Positions 37,718 through 51,830 of a DNA stretch of 64,000 bases are shown piece by piece (positions within the stretch are counted from its first letter, which is position 1; every line of letters begins with the position of its first letter). Under the pieces are notes generated by a model that did not search any database, was not told where the DNA came from, and worked only from the letters and a program-made list of their open reading frames with translations. The stretch lies in contig CM059431.1 of the NCBI GenBank assembly GCA_030390025.1, positions 120,654,001 through 120,718,000 of the forward strand, given 5' to 3'. The stretch is from Squalus acanthias. Lineage: Eukaryota. Made by a program: the position numbers and the translations under genes.

Positions 37718-38987
37718 TTAAAAAAATGTGTTCATGGGATGTGGGCGTCGCTGGCAAGGCCAGCATTTATTGCCCATCCCTAATTGCCCTTGAGACGGTG
37801 GTGGTAAGACAACTGACTGGTTAGGCCATTTCAGAGGGCAGTTAAGAGTCAACCACATTGCTGTGTATCTGGAGTCACATATAAGCCAGACCAGGTAAGA
37901 ACAACAGATTTTGTTCCCTAAAGGACATGAGTGAACCAGATGGGTTTTTACGACAATCACATAGTTTTCCCATTACTGATACCAACATTTTTATTCCAGA
38001 TTTATTTAATTAACCGAATGGCCTCCTTCTGTGCCGTTATAACTCTATGGCCGGAATTTTGCCGGCGCTCAGGGGGCGGGTTTGGATGCGGGACATCCGG
38101 CAAAATCGCAAAGATTGACAGCGGGTCGGAAACCCGCTGTCAACCCGCCTCCAATCAATCTTCCCAAGTGTCGGGTCCCCGATTTGCGTATGGACCCGAT
38201 ACATAGCGGTGGGAAGAGGATTATAGCCACTTAACTGCTTGTTAACAGGCAGTTAACAGGCTTTTTCCAATTTTGACACTTCTACTGCGGGCTTCCCGAC
38301 ATCAGGACACCACGCCAGCTAAGTGTGGCGTGTTGTGAATCTGCTGTAATGTTTATGCATTGATGACAGCTGCAGAAGTGATGTGAAGGATCCAATGGTA
38401 CACTGGTGAGTTTCAGAGGTAAGAAAATGTTGGGAAATTCATTTTTTATGCATTTAGACTTTTCTGTAGGTAACAAGTTTTGAATTGTATGTGTAATCCC
38501 ACCTCATTGGGAGAACTTCTCTCACCAGTGACAGATTGCTTCCGTAACCTCACCTGCAGCTGACATCTGTTCTAGCCTAAGGAGGGAGTCACTGGAGAGC
38601 CTGGGTGCAAGAGCTCACCTGTGAACAGTGATTGTCAGTGTTTGCAGCACCTCAATGCTGTCAAACACTGAAAAATCAACTGTCAAAAAAAATTGTGCGT
38701 GGTCCCTTTAAAAAAATGGCAGATGACGCATCATCTGACACCGGCTTCCTCTTAATTGGCCGGCAAGCCTGCAGGGTGGGCTTAACAAGGCCAATTGACA
38801 TAAAATTATGTCTGTGGGACGGATCTGGAACCTGGAAGGCAGTAGACCCGCTCCCAAGCATAAAATCACAGCCTTTGACTCTATGAATTTAAATTTCCTA
38901 GCTGCCGTGGTGGGATTTGAACTCATGTCTCCAGATCATTAAGCTCAGAACTACCTAGTTCAGTAACTTAACCACTATGCTACCGTT
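37718..38987 (-). mobile_element. tRNA-derived Meta-domain-like SINE, split by a Harbinger derivative
   Basis: Minus-strand head at 38885-38987 has A-box (tagcatagtgg) and B-box (gttcaaatccc); core and tail at 37718-38010 match 19570-19940. Confidence 0.75.
38049..38873 (-). mobile_element. Short non-autonomous Harbinger element related to 7767-9504
   Basis: TIRs ggccggaattttgc ... aaaatcacagcc; subterminal sequence (gggcttaacaagg, gacgcatcat) is the reverse complement of 7870-8030. Confidence 0.75.
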
Positions 38988-39377
38988 CCCAACAATTTGA
39001 TGCTTACAACATTCCCCCAAAAGACAGAAAAATATTTTCTTTTCAGTTTTTCTTCCCTGGCCTATGCTGAGGCACGGTTCCCTAGCACAGAAATAATAAA
39101 ACAACCTGCTTTATATTTAGTTTAGAAAACATTATAATTTAGTATACATCAATTAAACAATATGATTTAAATCACAAATACTGCAGATCCGCTTACGCTG
39201 GTCAATGTCACTAATTTCAGCTCACAATGTGGAAAAGGTAGGGTTTCAAATTAGGTTTAAGATAAGGTGTAGACCAAATCTAATATGAATAAATTGTTAT
39301 TACACGGAAAGTGATTTAAATAAAATAGGTGGTGGGAATCTTCTGGATGTTAAGTGTTGTGAAAATTTAAACACGTT

Positions 39378-41500
39378 GGGGGAAGAAATTCCCTACCTTA
39401 TCGCCACCCGTTAGCGCAGAGTAATGTAGAGAAAGTGGCTGCTGTCGCTCTTCCGCCAGCTGGGGGTGGGTCCCGCGACGTCCTCCATTTTCGTGGTCCT
39501 GGTAGCGCTGCCGGTAAGTAGCATCACCCTGAAAAGAAAAATGAGCGCTGTGGTGACGTCAGTTGGCATGCAACACCAACTTAACATCACCAGAGTGAAC
39601 TTCGACCCTAGCGCTGAGTTCAGCGCTGGGTCCTAAGCATGCCAGGTAAACCCAACGGGCAAGCAAACTGACAGAGGCACTGTCAGCACCTCTTAATGGG
39701 ACACACACATCTTTCAAGTAAGCTTGCATTTAAGCTTTTGGACATTTTTTTTGATTTTATTGATGTAGTGGCTTGTTGCAATACATGTTAAAAGTGTTTT
39801 AAGTGTATAGGGAGTGCTGCTGGATGCTTGCAAGGCCTCAGATGATAAAGGAAGGCCTCTGAGAAGACATAAAATGCTGCAAATACTCAGCAGGTCAGGT
39901 AACATCTGTGGAGAGAGAAACAGATTTCACGTCTGAGGTCAAGATGCTGCCTGACCTGCTGATTATTTCCAGCATTTTATGCTGGCATTTCAGATTTACA
40001 GCATCGGCTTGCAGAGGAAAGAAGAAGACGCAGAAGAGGAGGAAGCAGAAGGAAGGATGCAACCCTTTCTGGCCAAGATATCCGGGATTGAATCATCCGC
40101 CTGTGATCCCAGTGACCACAACTCAAATTCCCCTTTCAACATTAGCCCCACACCATACCTTCCCTCTGCCACTGACCATCACAGTGTCCTCTTGGCCACA
40201 ATGCTGAAATAAAAGCCACCACAAAGCAACCTTTTCAATCCAACTTAATACATCTATCCATCCAATATGACATCAAGAAATCAACTCATCACCCTTATGG
40301 ATTCCCTTAGTGACTGTCTTGTGTGTGCCTTTGCCTATCCTACTGATGTCACGCAGTGCTACCCCAGTGGCTGCAGCATGGCTGGTGGAAGGCTGCTGAC
40401 TTTCAGTGGGGGACACTGCAAATGGCCTTTAGGTCGACCTTGAGGAGCTGGTGTCTGGGAGTGTCAAATCGAGTGACGGTGTTTCTTCTTTTTCTTCTTC
40501 ACTCTTTTCTCCCTCTTCTTTGCCAACCACTGGCTGGGAGGGCTGCATTTCTTGGGTGTGTGAAATGAGGAAGGCACAAGGGTGGAGTTGTGGTGAGGGG
40601 AGAGGGAGAAAGCAAGAAGTGCATGCCAGAAGGAATTTAAAATATGAGGATACCAGCATCTTGTATCCTTTCTGCCACGCCACTGGCCAAGGGCTCAGCC
40701 ATGCCCCTGTCAAGAATGGCCAGCAATGTCTCCTCCAAGGGGGTGAGGTGATGCTAGGAATGGGAGATGTGCTTCATGTTTGGTACAGATTGTTGGTAGG
40801 TGAGTGATTGGGGGAGCGAGGGGGGAGCGAGTTGTGCATTGAACAATGTGTGAGGCTAGTGATTCAGTTAGTAGGAGACTGCTTTTGAAGATGCATTCAC
40901 TGATCTTGACCAGTGGTCTGAGGTCATGAAGCTACTTTGGGCAGTGGAGCCAGGTGGTGGGGGCGACAATGCTGACAGTGACGGCTTCCATGATGTGGTC
41001 CCACATCGTTCTTTCTGGAGGGCCTCCTGGCCCCTGTGGGTAGAATACCTCTCTTGCAGTGTTGACCCCCTGCACAAAGCTGGAGTGCTGCATGCGCGAC
41101 CCTGGGTGCCCCTTCCCTGGCTTGCTGAGCCATTTGTGATAGTGCTGAAGCAATTAAAGCATGTTTTGAGGTTCGGAAGGGAATTCAGCTTTAAGTGCTG
41201 AATACTCCTATTTGGGACTTCTTTTTATGTTAATGTTTTTTTTTTGAACGGCTGAAAAATTCCTTTTTTCACTTGGTTTTAATTTTTATAAGTTCTGAAC
41301 GCATTGCCCCTTTAATTCATAGCCCTTTTAATTGCCCACAATTCATTGCAAACTCCACAGCCTCACTCCCAGAGGCTGGAAGAAACTGCAACGTCGCTCC
41401 TGGACGGGAACTTTGCGTCGGATGCCTCCACGAACGCCACCAGGATGGCATTACACTGAGCTAGCGCTGGGCTAAAAATCAGCGCAAAGTAAACCCGAGG
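39378..41500 (-). mobile_element. Degenerate Harbinger element with Myb/SANT remnant; contains inverted Penelope fragments at about 39868-40010
   Basis: Minus strand 40900-41133: MAQQAREGAPR, then frameshifted GVNTAREVFYP...WDHIMEAV; boundaries approximate. Confidence 0.6.
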
Positions 41501-43052
41501 CCGCGGTGACACCGGCAGGTTTTTGTCGATGTCCAGTTTCTAGGCCGTTCTTTACAATCGCAGCTACAATTTTCCTGCACCCAAAAAAAAACTTCCCGCA
41601 AACCTTAAAACCGGCAAGCAAGAACCAAAACAAGTATGTGAAATCCTCCAGATTTTGTTTCTCCGTTTTTCTTCTTTCTCTGCAATACAAAACCTTATGG
41701 AGTTACGAGACATCTGTTAACTGCAAGCAGCTGACATACTTCAGATGCTTGTTTTAAGGGCATCATATTGGAGATGTGCACCAGTTCAGTTAACCGATGC
41801 ATGAAGGATGACGGATGAGATGTTGGACAGTTTTCTAAAGACAGACCAGATATTTCATTTGATATTCCATTTATTTCTGAAAAACTTCCTTCCCCCTTTA
41901 TCACCAGAAACATCAGATTAGCTTCTCTATTCATTCCACAATTTTGCTTTTTATGATTGTTACTATTATACATTTCATGCTTTATTTTTTTATGAGTGGC
42001 TGACCTTTAAAATGTGATTACATTAGGCTGTTGATTTACGACTTGATATTTTAGAAAGAAGCTTATTAAGAAATATATACGGTGACTTTCTATAATGGAT
42101 AATTCAAAAATCCTGTTGTGTGCTCTCCCTTTAATTTCTTTTCAACTGCATTGAATTATAATCTATTTAACTGAAGGCGATGAAATGGATACAAGCATGC
42201 CACACAGATCGTTCCTACACCACCAGGAAAAAGAACAGTGAAAGTTGCAGATGCTTCAATTTGCCCTGAGGGTTTAACCACTAAAAAGGAGGAGATTGCC
42301 TCTTCTTGATCCATAACTTATGACCAGACCGGGGTGAAGTATTCTGTACAATGGAGTTCATTTACAGTAACATCTTATGTCATCAAATATAAGCTCACAA
42401 TATGGGAAGACACTTACAGAGCCCAGTGTGGAATACAACACAGGCAGAGATGGTAGAAGTAGGTCAGTAAGAAATGGTTGTGTTATTCAGAGCAGTTTAA
42501 AGTGCCTGCCACTTTCATTGAGAGTAATTTTAACCAAACCCATCCAGTGGGAAAACTGACGGGATAGGATTTTATACCGCCTTGATTTTATGTTCCATTG
42601 AAGTCAATGGAAAGTAAAATTGGGCGAAGTGTAGAACACACGGTCGATCCGATCCCATCAGTTTCTCACCGGGCGGGTTAGATTCAAATTACCCCCATTT
42701 AATTCTAAAATATTTAATAATATAATTATTGCTTGGAAATGTAATGTGGCTAAGGCAAACAATATTTGGACATTCGAAAGTTTAATTTCTTGCTATCTGT
42801 AACTCTTGGTCCTATGCATATAAAGGAACGTAGATCCTATGAATTCATACGACAAAACATTTATTGTTTTCAAACTGCCCTGCTGTCCTTTGTAGACAAC
42901 ATTGCACCTCTCTGTCTCCAGCAGCACAGAATACAGTGTGTCCTATGAAGTAATTGATCATCGTTTACCTATCTCGCATTCAATCCCATTCATAACCAGG
43001 GAGTGGGGATTGGGGGGATGGGGTTAATTCCTCTGACACAATGAGAAAGTAT

Positions 43053-45419
43053 GGGCCTGAATTTTGCAGTAGGAATAACGGTCTATCAGCGCTCACCATT
43101 ATTATGGAGTAAATCGGACAGCAACTTCCAGTGTCCACATATGCGCAGTTAAACACAGAAATCAGGAAGTTGCTGTCCAATTTGCCCTGCTCCTCCACAA
43201 GCTTCGCTCTAACAGTATCTCGTCCAGAGACTTGGCAATCAAACACATGAACGACATGTAGTTCCAGTACTTACCCACTAGATACCCATTAAACATGCCA
43301 GAAAAAGATAGCGCTTGTCCATTCAAATGTAAGTGAAATTTTAATGGCATGATAAGTCTTAATTATTACAAACAACCTCTCTGGCTTTGAAAATTTACTT
43401 TTGCTGGTGTGGAGTCTCATTCCTTCAGATTTTAATTATTGTTGGAGTTATAATAAAAGTTTAAAAAAAAAAATTTCTCTTTTTCTTTCTGTCTCATTTA
43501 TTTCTCTCTCTTAATCCCATCTTTCTTTCTCTCTATTTTGCTTTCTGTACATGATTTTACATTGAATTAAATATTCTAACTTACACTTCGCGGGGGAGGC
43601 AATTTAGGTGTTTAAGAGATTGTTCATAGCCTGTTAAAGAGAATTTTGAGCTCAGTTTAACATTTTATGAGGTCGCCCACGGGTACCACGCTGCTCGGGG
43701 ATCACGTCAGGTAAGGAGGTCGGGAATTGTGTCACCATGAAATGATCTCTTTACTCAACAGCTGCAAATGTGGTATAAAAGCTCCCATCTCACAGTTGTT
43801 CACTTTTCAAGCTCAGAAGCTGTTGCTTACTGCATTTGGAAGACAGATTGAGCTTTATGCAGGTTGCAAGTGTTTGGAGTAAACTCTGTATCCAGTGTCA
43901 TTTCAATGGAACATCCTCTCTCACCACTGACAGATCGCTTCTGACATCTCAACTTCATCTGCTACCTATTACATCAGCATCGGTGCCCTTGAAAGTATCT
44001 CACCTTGGTCCTTAGAATCCCAACACGATCAGCCCCAACACCAGCATCACCAGGAACACCAGCAGCACCAGGCACACCAGCAGCACCAACAACACCAACC
44101 TTCTCCTCAATCAACTGATGCTGCACAGGACACAGGGCATCAGCACTCGACCACATTGCTGCCCAGGAGGCCAGGGATGGCCTCACCACAGCCAGATTTA
44201 CTTCACTTGACACTGTACACCCTGGCTGCCACATGATGTGCCAGGTTGGCACCACCCCACACCAACACCATAAAGCACCCCTACAATGCCCAAGCCATTC
44301 CTTTCACACTCATCACCATTGCGGGGGTACCGTTATATCTCACTATTCACTGCAACTCACTAAGCCACTTCCAAAGGTGCACACAAATCTGTCCAAGAAC
44401 ACAAAGTGTTGAAAATAAAGATTTCAATGTTTGACAGCACATTAACAGAAACTTTACATGAACATTGGCTAAAACACCCAAGTGCTTACCCTTGTGTGTT
44501 GTTAGTTGGTATGATTGGACTAGGATGAGGGTGAGTGTGAGGGGTGGCTAGTGAGATGGGGAAGCGATAATGTAGATAGAGGGGGACGGGTGGAGGTGCA
44601 AGGTAAGTTGGTGTGAGTAAGGATGTGCAGGAGTAGGGTAGGGAAGGCAGAGTGATGGGGATGTGATGAGTGGCACAGGAGGATGAGGTTGAGTGTGGCT
44701 TTGCAGTAACGTTTCGCAATCTACTGAGATCATTGAAAGGTTTGTGCCACTGCAGCCTGTTCCTCCTGATGACATCCCTGCTTGTGTCCTCCTCTGCAAT
44801 GTGCAACCAGGCTGCGTTGATCCCCTGGGGAGGTCTCTTCTGCCCATTGGAAGGGAAGAGAAGCTTCCTGCGTGCTGTGACTCCCTCCATAAGTATATGG
44901 AGGGAGTCATGGGAGAGCCTGGGTACAGCCATGCACCTTTGTGAAGTGCTTGTCAGTGTTTGCAGCACCTCAATGCTGTAGAACACTGACAACACAACTG
45001 TCAAAATAAATTTGCATCATTAAGTGAAGTCATCAGACCCGCTTCCTTCAATTGGCCGGCAAATGCGCTGGGCAGGCTTAACAAGCCCAATCAATGTAAA
45101 ATCACTTGGGACTGCGGGCTGGAGCCAGCAGCGAGGTCGGGACCCTCCACCGACCCCAGCCGCACCAGACTCGCTGAGGTAGGCGAAATCACGGCCTTCG
45201 TGCCTCAGTAACAATTCTTCAATCTGATTGGTTGAAGAAACACGCTATTGCTTTCCCTCTTCACACACGCCACAGACCCCCTGTAAAGCGCGTTGTGCTG
45301 AACCAGATGCCCGATGACAGCAAGTTGCTCTTAAAAACCCCACAAAATGTCTGTGGGCAGCTGCAAGTGTAATGAACGGTGAGCGCCGTTCCTTCACCGT
45401 TGACCACAAAATCCGGGCC
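43053..45419. mobile_element. MITE-like element hosting a nested Harbinger derivative
   Basis: TIRs gggcctgaattttg ... caaaatccgggcc. Confidence 0.6.
43591..45196 (-). mobile_element. Non-autonomous Harbinger element (family of 7767-9504 and 11574-13779)
   Basis: Minus-strand PRLSHDSLHILMEGVTARRKLLFPSNGQKRPP...WLHIAEE; colinear with the two plus-strand copies; left boundary approximate. Confidence 0.85.
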
Positions 45420-45924
45420 AATATATTTTACTCTTCTTTTCTAGCATACTGACAGGACCATGCTACATTATTCTCTGTAAGGTCAGTCACATTTCAACTA
45501 AAATACAATTAAGCATTCCATCAGAATCCACCTGAAATAATAGTGTTCAGCCATTTACTAAACTGCTAACTATAATAAGCTTAAACCTGTATAGTACATA
45601 TACCTCCAGTGTTTTTGTTCTGATTGGCTAAGCTGAAAGTGTGGGAAAGCCAAAGTACCGTAAGGCTTTAGATTAGCTCATTGCTGTAATCACAAGCATT
45701 TTGTTTCCGAGTCACAAACCATATAACTCTTAGAATGCTGCTATTTTGAGCTGAGTGCACATCTGAGACAGTTGTTTGATGCTAACAGCAATCATTCAAA
45801 TGTCTTGAGTAGATTTCAGTGGAAAATAATAATTGTTCCCTATTTTCTTCCCTCACATCCTCTTTTTGTTTACTAACTTTAAATTTAATGTTACTTTTGT
45901 CCTACCCAATACAGTATAACCTTA

Positions 45925-46753
45925 AATAACAACAGAAAACGCTGGAAAAACTCAGCAGGCCAGGCAGCATCCGTGGAGAGAGAAAGAGAGTTAACGTTTC
46001 AGGTCGATGACCTTTCGTCAGAACTGTGAAGAGCCGGAAATCAAATGGATTTAAGGCCAGGGTAAAGCTGGGAAAAGGGGGAGGGGATAAAAGACCAAAC
46101 GCAGATTGGGTGACCGCTTTGCGGAACACCTCCGTTCAGTCCGTAAGGGGGACCCCGAGCTCCCGGTGGCCTGTCACTTTAATTCACCGCTTCACTCCCA
46201 CTCTGACCTCACCGTCCTCGGCCTATTACACTGTTCCACGGAAGTGCAGCGTAAGCTCGAGGAACAGCACCTCATCTTTCGTTTAGGCACGCTACAGCCC
46301 TCTGGACTCAATATCGAGTTCAACAATTTTAGATCATAACCTCAGCTCCAATCACATTTATATTTTATTTTTTCCACCCTTTTATTTGCCCCCCCCCCCA
46401 CCTTTTTTTTCCTCCTAGAAGCTGGCAGCTGTCCTTCATTCTGCCAGTGGATTTCACACTTCTTTCAGCCTTAATCTGTCACATTAACACCACCTCTAGC
46501 CTTGCATATCTCTTAATGTCTCTTAATGTCTCTTCCTCTCCCCCTTTGTTCTTTTATCCCCTCCCCCTTTTCCCAGCTTTACCCTGGCCTTAAATCCATT
46601 TGATTTCCGGCTCTTCACAGTTCTGCCGAAAGGTCATCGACCTGAAACGTTAACTCTCTTTCTCTCTCCACGGATGCTGCCTGGCCTGCTGAGTTTTTCC
46701 AGCGTTTTCTGTTGTTATTTCAGATTTCCAGCATCCGCAGTATTTTGCTATCG
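45925..46753 (+). mobile_element. 5'-truncated Penelope-like element: inverted partial repeat, GIY-YIG endonuclease C-terminus and 3' repeat
   Basis: RLGDRFAEHLRSV....ELPVACHFN...RKLEEQHLIFRLGTLQPSGLNIEF (46100-46339); 45925-46092 is an inverted copy of about 46552-46720; 15-bp TSD tacagtataacctta (45910-45924, 46754-46768). Confidence 0.92.
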
Positions 46754-47360
46754 TACAGTATAACCTTATCTTTTCAAAACCATATTTCTTGAAATACTAA
46801 CTTTCAAATAATTTACTCCCTTTTATTTTTCTTCTGGCTCTCACCATCCATTCTGGAGGTAGGAACCTTAAAAAACATTTGGTTTGTTAAAAGCTGGCTC
46901 TTAAAGCCATTTGCAGTCCAATAACATGCTTGGATATGTAAATTTGTCTGAACATCCTTAAGAGTTTATCGGTACATGTAGTTGAGGTGATGCACAGTGC
47001 AAGATCTTAAAGGATCTATTCAAGAGTAACTAACAAAGTAAGGGTGGAACTACCAGATTAATACAGCCACAGAATCATATGATTAGAAAATAGCTAATAA
47101 TGCAATTAGAATAAAAAGGCAGAAACATGAATTATATTTGGCATCTACAATATGAAAACATGGGTGATCATTAAGAGAAAAGCGAATCACAAACATTTAA
47201 CAACAGCAAATTCCAAATCAAAATAGGTGTACTAAACAGCGATTATGCATTGGACTTTATTGAGGATGTATGAGAGTCAGCTGATGAATGTAATGTGATG
47301 GTTGTCAGATACCTAAAGTTTTAGACCATATTTGATGAGATGCCTTACAAGAGACTTGTA

Positions 47361-47835
47361 GGCCCCGATATTAATTCGGAGATGGTGTCTGATATTGCGT
47401 GGGAGACCCAGAAGAAAGGTCAGCGTGTCTGTCAGTGGCTTTTTAACTCAGCCAGCTCATTTGCACTTTACGTCCGGTTTGCCATCCAATGTGCGACAGC
47501 CGGTATGATGAGGCCCCTGTGATGTGATCTCAACTCCAGTATTTAAAGGGCCGATCCTAAGATGGAATTTGGAGGAGATTGGAGTTTGAAACAACAGAAG
47601 AGGAAGTTTAAGAATGGATTCCAGATGGGCAAATGATGTCTCCCTTGATGTGCTGCTGGGGTCTGTGAGGAGCCGCAGAGAGGTACTCTTCCCCAGAAAT
47701 AGGAGGAAGAAACCTACTGCTCACACCAAGATGACATAGCTGGAGTTGGCCAAGGAGGTGAGCAGCAGGAGCGTAGTGCCATGCTCATGGATTCAGTGCA
47801 TGAAGGGCATTAATAACCTAACCAAGTCAGGAACA
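47361..47835 (+). mobile_element. Harbinger left end with Myb/SANT exon remnant
   Basis: DVLLGSVRSRREVLFP..RKKP...LAKEVSSRSVVPCSWIQCMKGINNL; truncated at the CR1. Confidence 0.75.
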
Positions 47836-47840
47836 CAAAA

Positions 47841-50800
47841 ACGTAAGAACATAAGAAATAAGAGCAGGAGTAGGCCATATTACCCCTTGAGCTTGCTCCC
47901 CCATTCAATAAGATCATGGCTGAACTTCTATATCCACTCCACTTTCCCGCCCTATGCCCATATCCCTTAATTCCCTAAATGCAAAAAAATCTATCAATCT
48001 CAGTCTTGAATATACTCAACGACTGAGCATCCACAGCCCTCTGTGGTAGAGAATTCCTAAGATTCACAACCCTCTGAGTGAAGAGATTTTTCCTCATCTC
48101 AGTGCTAAATGGCTGACCCCTTATCCTTAGACTATGATCGCTAGTTCTAGACTCTCCAGCCAGGGGAAACAACCTCTCAGCAGCTACCCTGACAAGCCCT
48201 CTAAGAATTTTGTACGTTTCAATGAGATCACCTCTCATTCTTCTAAGCTCCAGAGAATATAGGCCCATTCTACTCAATTTGCTCCTCATAGGAGGACACT
48301 TTCCTCCCAGGAATCAATCTAGTGAACCATCGTTGCATCCCTTTTAAGGCAAGTATATCCATCCTTAGGTAAGGAGAATAAAACTGTACACACTACACCA
48401 GGTGTGGCCTCACCAAAGCCCGATATAATTGCAGCAACACTTCCTTTCTGTGATACTCCAACCCCCTTGCAATAAAGGCTGACATACCATTTGCCTTCCT
48501 AAGTGCTTGCTGTACCTGCATGTTAACTTTGTATGATTTGTGTACAAGAACACCCAAATCCTTCTGCATACCAACATTAACTAGTCTCTCACCTTTAAAA
48601 AAAGATTCTGCTTTTCTATTCTTCCTACTAAAGTGGATAATTTCCCAATTCCCCATGTTATACTTCATCTGCTATCTTCTACCTCAATCACTTAACTGGT
48701 CTATATCCCTTTGCAAGCTGTTTGCATCCTGCTCACAGCTTATTTTCCCACCTAGCTTTACATCATCAGCAAATTTGGATATATTACATTTGGTCCCTTC
48801 ATCTAAGTCATTGATCTAGATTGTAAATAGCTGGGGCCCAAGCACTGATCCTTGCAGCGCTTCACTAGATATAACCTGCCAAACCAAAAATGATACATTA
48901 TTCCTACTCTCTGTTTTCTGTCCGTTAACCAATTCTCAATCCATACTAATATATTACCCCCAATCCCATGAATCCTAATTTTGTGTAACAACCTCTTGTG
49001 TGGCATCTTATCAAATGCATTCTGAAAATCCAAATATACTACATCTACTGGTTCCCCCTTATCTACTCTGTTAGTTATACCCTCAAAAAACTCCAATAGA
49101 TTTGTCAAACAAAATTTCCCTTTCATAAAACCATATTGACTCTGCCTAATCATATTATAATTTTCTAAGTGCCCTGTTACCACATCCCTAGTAATAGATT
49201 CTAGCATTTTCCCTATTACTGATATTAGGCTAACTGGTCGATAGTTCCCTGTTTCCTCTCTCCCTCCTTTCTTGAACTGCAGGGTTACATTTGCTACCTT
49301 GCAACCCACAGGGACTATTCTAGAATCTAGGGAATTCTGGAAGGTCAAAACCAATGCATCAACTATCTCTGCAGCAACCTCTTTTAAAACCCTAGGATGT
49401 AGGCCATCAGGTCCACGAGATTTGTTGGCTTTTGGTCCCATTAATTTCTCCAGTACTTTTTCTTTACTAATATTAATTACTTTACTTTCATCACTCTCAG
49501 TAGACTCTCGGTTCCCCATTATTTCTGATATTTTTTTGTGTCTTCTACTGTGAAGACAGATACAAAATATTTGTTTAACATCTCTGCCATTTCCTTATTC
49601 GCCATTGTAATTTCTCCTGTCTTTGCCTCTAAAGGACCCACATTTACTTTCACTAATCTCTTCCTTTTCTACATACATGTAGAAGCTTTTACAATCTATT
49701 TTTATATTTCCTGCTAGTTTACTCTCATATTCTATTTTCTCCCTCTTTATCATTCTTTTAGTCATCTGTTGCTGATATTTAAATCCCTCCCAATCCTCAG
49801 GCATACTACTCCTTTTGGCAACATTGTAAGCCTCTTATTTTAATCTAATACTACCCTTAACTTCTCGAGTTAACCACAATTGGACCACTTTTCCAGTGGT
49901 GTTTTTATTCCTGAAGGGAATGTATATTCGTTGAGAATTATGAACTATTTATTGAAATATTTGCCATTGCTTATCTACCATCATATCTTTTAATCTAATT
50001 TGCCAATCTACCTTAACCAACTCACCCTTCGTACCTACATAATAAGCTTTGTTTTAATTTAAGACCCTAGTTTTGTATTTAACCACATCACTCTCAAACT
50101 CGATGGAACAGAAATTTGGGTTGGAGGCTTCCCGCGGGTGCAAGCCCCCAACCTGCACTTACCCAACGTGCCTGCCATTGCGCTCTGGGCCTGCGTGGGA
50201 TTCCGATCCTGGGCCTCCTCCAGTTGCTGGTGTGCAGTGCTTGCGTATCCCAGGGGCGCAGTTAGTTCGAAGCATCCCCTGGGATCGCATGGGCCATGGA
50301 GAGCCAATCGGAGCAGGGAATCTCCATTCATAGATTTGACAGGAAGACCTGTCAAATCTATGAATAGAGATCGGCCCCAAAACCTAACTAAAACTTCAAA
50401 TATTTTTTTTTTAAATCACATTTTTAAAATAACTATAAATTACATAAATTAACTATTTTAAACAAAATTTTAACGGGGCTAAAAATAAACTTACCTTTCT
50501 TTAAAGTATTTAAAAAAGATAAACCTGTGGAAAAAATGTTAAAATTTTACTTAATTCACCTCTTACCTTGTTAAAAGCAGGCCTTGCGCCTGCATTTTCA
50601 ACACGCATCTGCTAGGGACTTACCCACACGGAGAAACCTGAAAAAAGGCCAGATGTTCCAGGCGTACGCGCTGCCTCTCCCGCGCACGCGTTTGACATCC
50701 GAATCCCTTCCTTCAAGGGAACGGAAGTTCCGGTTTCCAGCGCATGCACAGTGCATGCGCGAAACTGGCACTTTCGTTGGGTCTATGGGTGAGTACACTG

Positions 50801-50969
50801 TACATACTCACCCGTGGAGACCCGAATTTCTGGCCCAATATGAAATTCTATCATATTATGATCACTCTTCCCCAAAGGATCCTTTACTATAAGATTACTA
50901 ATTAACCCTGTCTCATTACAAAATACTAGATCTAAAATAACCTGTTCCCTAGTTGGTTCCTCAACATAT
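47841..50969 (-). mobile_element. 5'-truncated CR1 LINE (ORF2 RT, frameshifted), interrupted by a MITE
   Basis: GPDGLHPRVLKE, NYRPVSLIS, VYLDFQNAFDKMPHKRLL, FADD and C-terminal CR1 motifs; aagaacataagaa tail. Confidence 0.95.
50105..50836. mobile_element. MITE (family shared with 52020-52777)
   Basis: Interrupts CR1; TIR gaatttctggccc; internal hairpin cattcatagatttgacagg..cctgtcaaatctatgaat; colinear with 52020-52777. Confidence 0.85.
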
Positions 50970-50970
50970 C

Positions 50971-51830
50971 GGGGGAGAAATTCGGTACCTTAGTGCTTCC
51001 AGTTAGCGCCTGGTGGGGACACTAATGGGGCTCTGAGGTAGTAGTGCTGGAGTGAGGCGAATCCAGTGCCGCACGGCAAATTCAGCCCTCCCATAGCACT
51101 GCCGCTACGTGTCAGTGCTGGAGACTTCAGCGCCAGGCAGATTGTGATGTCAGAGAGCGTGCAACTCTCACTGGGCACCCAATCTGCCAAATTGAGCCCC
51201 GACAGCGACAGGAGGAGGCATCAAGCAGTTGGTAGCCAGCTCCAGGGGCGCTACTTAAAGGGATCATGAGTAATGAGTTGCAGCTCTCAGGTTAGTGCTG
51301 TTTCACTGCTTCTTTGTCAGTTTTGACATTGTGCAACAGTTTAAATCAATCAGTAAAAGGTTGTTTAGTCTCTGGAGTGTTGTGACTGCTAAAAATTAGT
51401 TACATTTACTCTCACAACATAACAAAGTGCTACACTTGGTTACATTAATGGGGGTTGTACTGGCAGTCGACCTCGCCCTCCAGGATCTACGGCGGAGGGA
51501 GTGGAGGCAGCGAGAAAAATTGAAACATGTGGCCAGAGGGATGAGGAAGGCCATCAGGGCTCTTAACAGGAGGCCTTACCCTCTGAGGGTATTCCGAGAG
51601 CACTTCTCCTACCTTCTATTCTCCTATTGAGCCAGTAGCAGTGTCTTAGAAGGCTCCGCTTCACCAAGTAGGTGGTCACAGAAATTTGCCACCTCCTGCA
51701 ACCAGACCTCCAGCCTCAGATCAGGACAAGGACAGCTCTCTCAGTGGCAGTCAAAGTCACCGTTGCCCTCAATTTCTTCACCAGCGGATCCTTCCAGTCT
51801 GCAATATGAGATATGCATATAGGATATGGA
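50971..51830 (+). mobile_element. Harbinger end with transposase N-terminal pseudogene
   Basis: RRPYPLRVFREHFSYL...CLRRLRFTK...TALSVAVKVTVALNFFTSGSFQS at about 51480-51805. Confidence 0.8.

Noticed and set aside
38885..38987. tRNA gene
   Set aside because: The A/B boxes belong to a SINE head contiguous with the SINE body; no full cloverleaf
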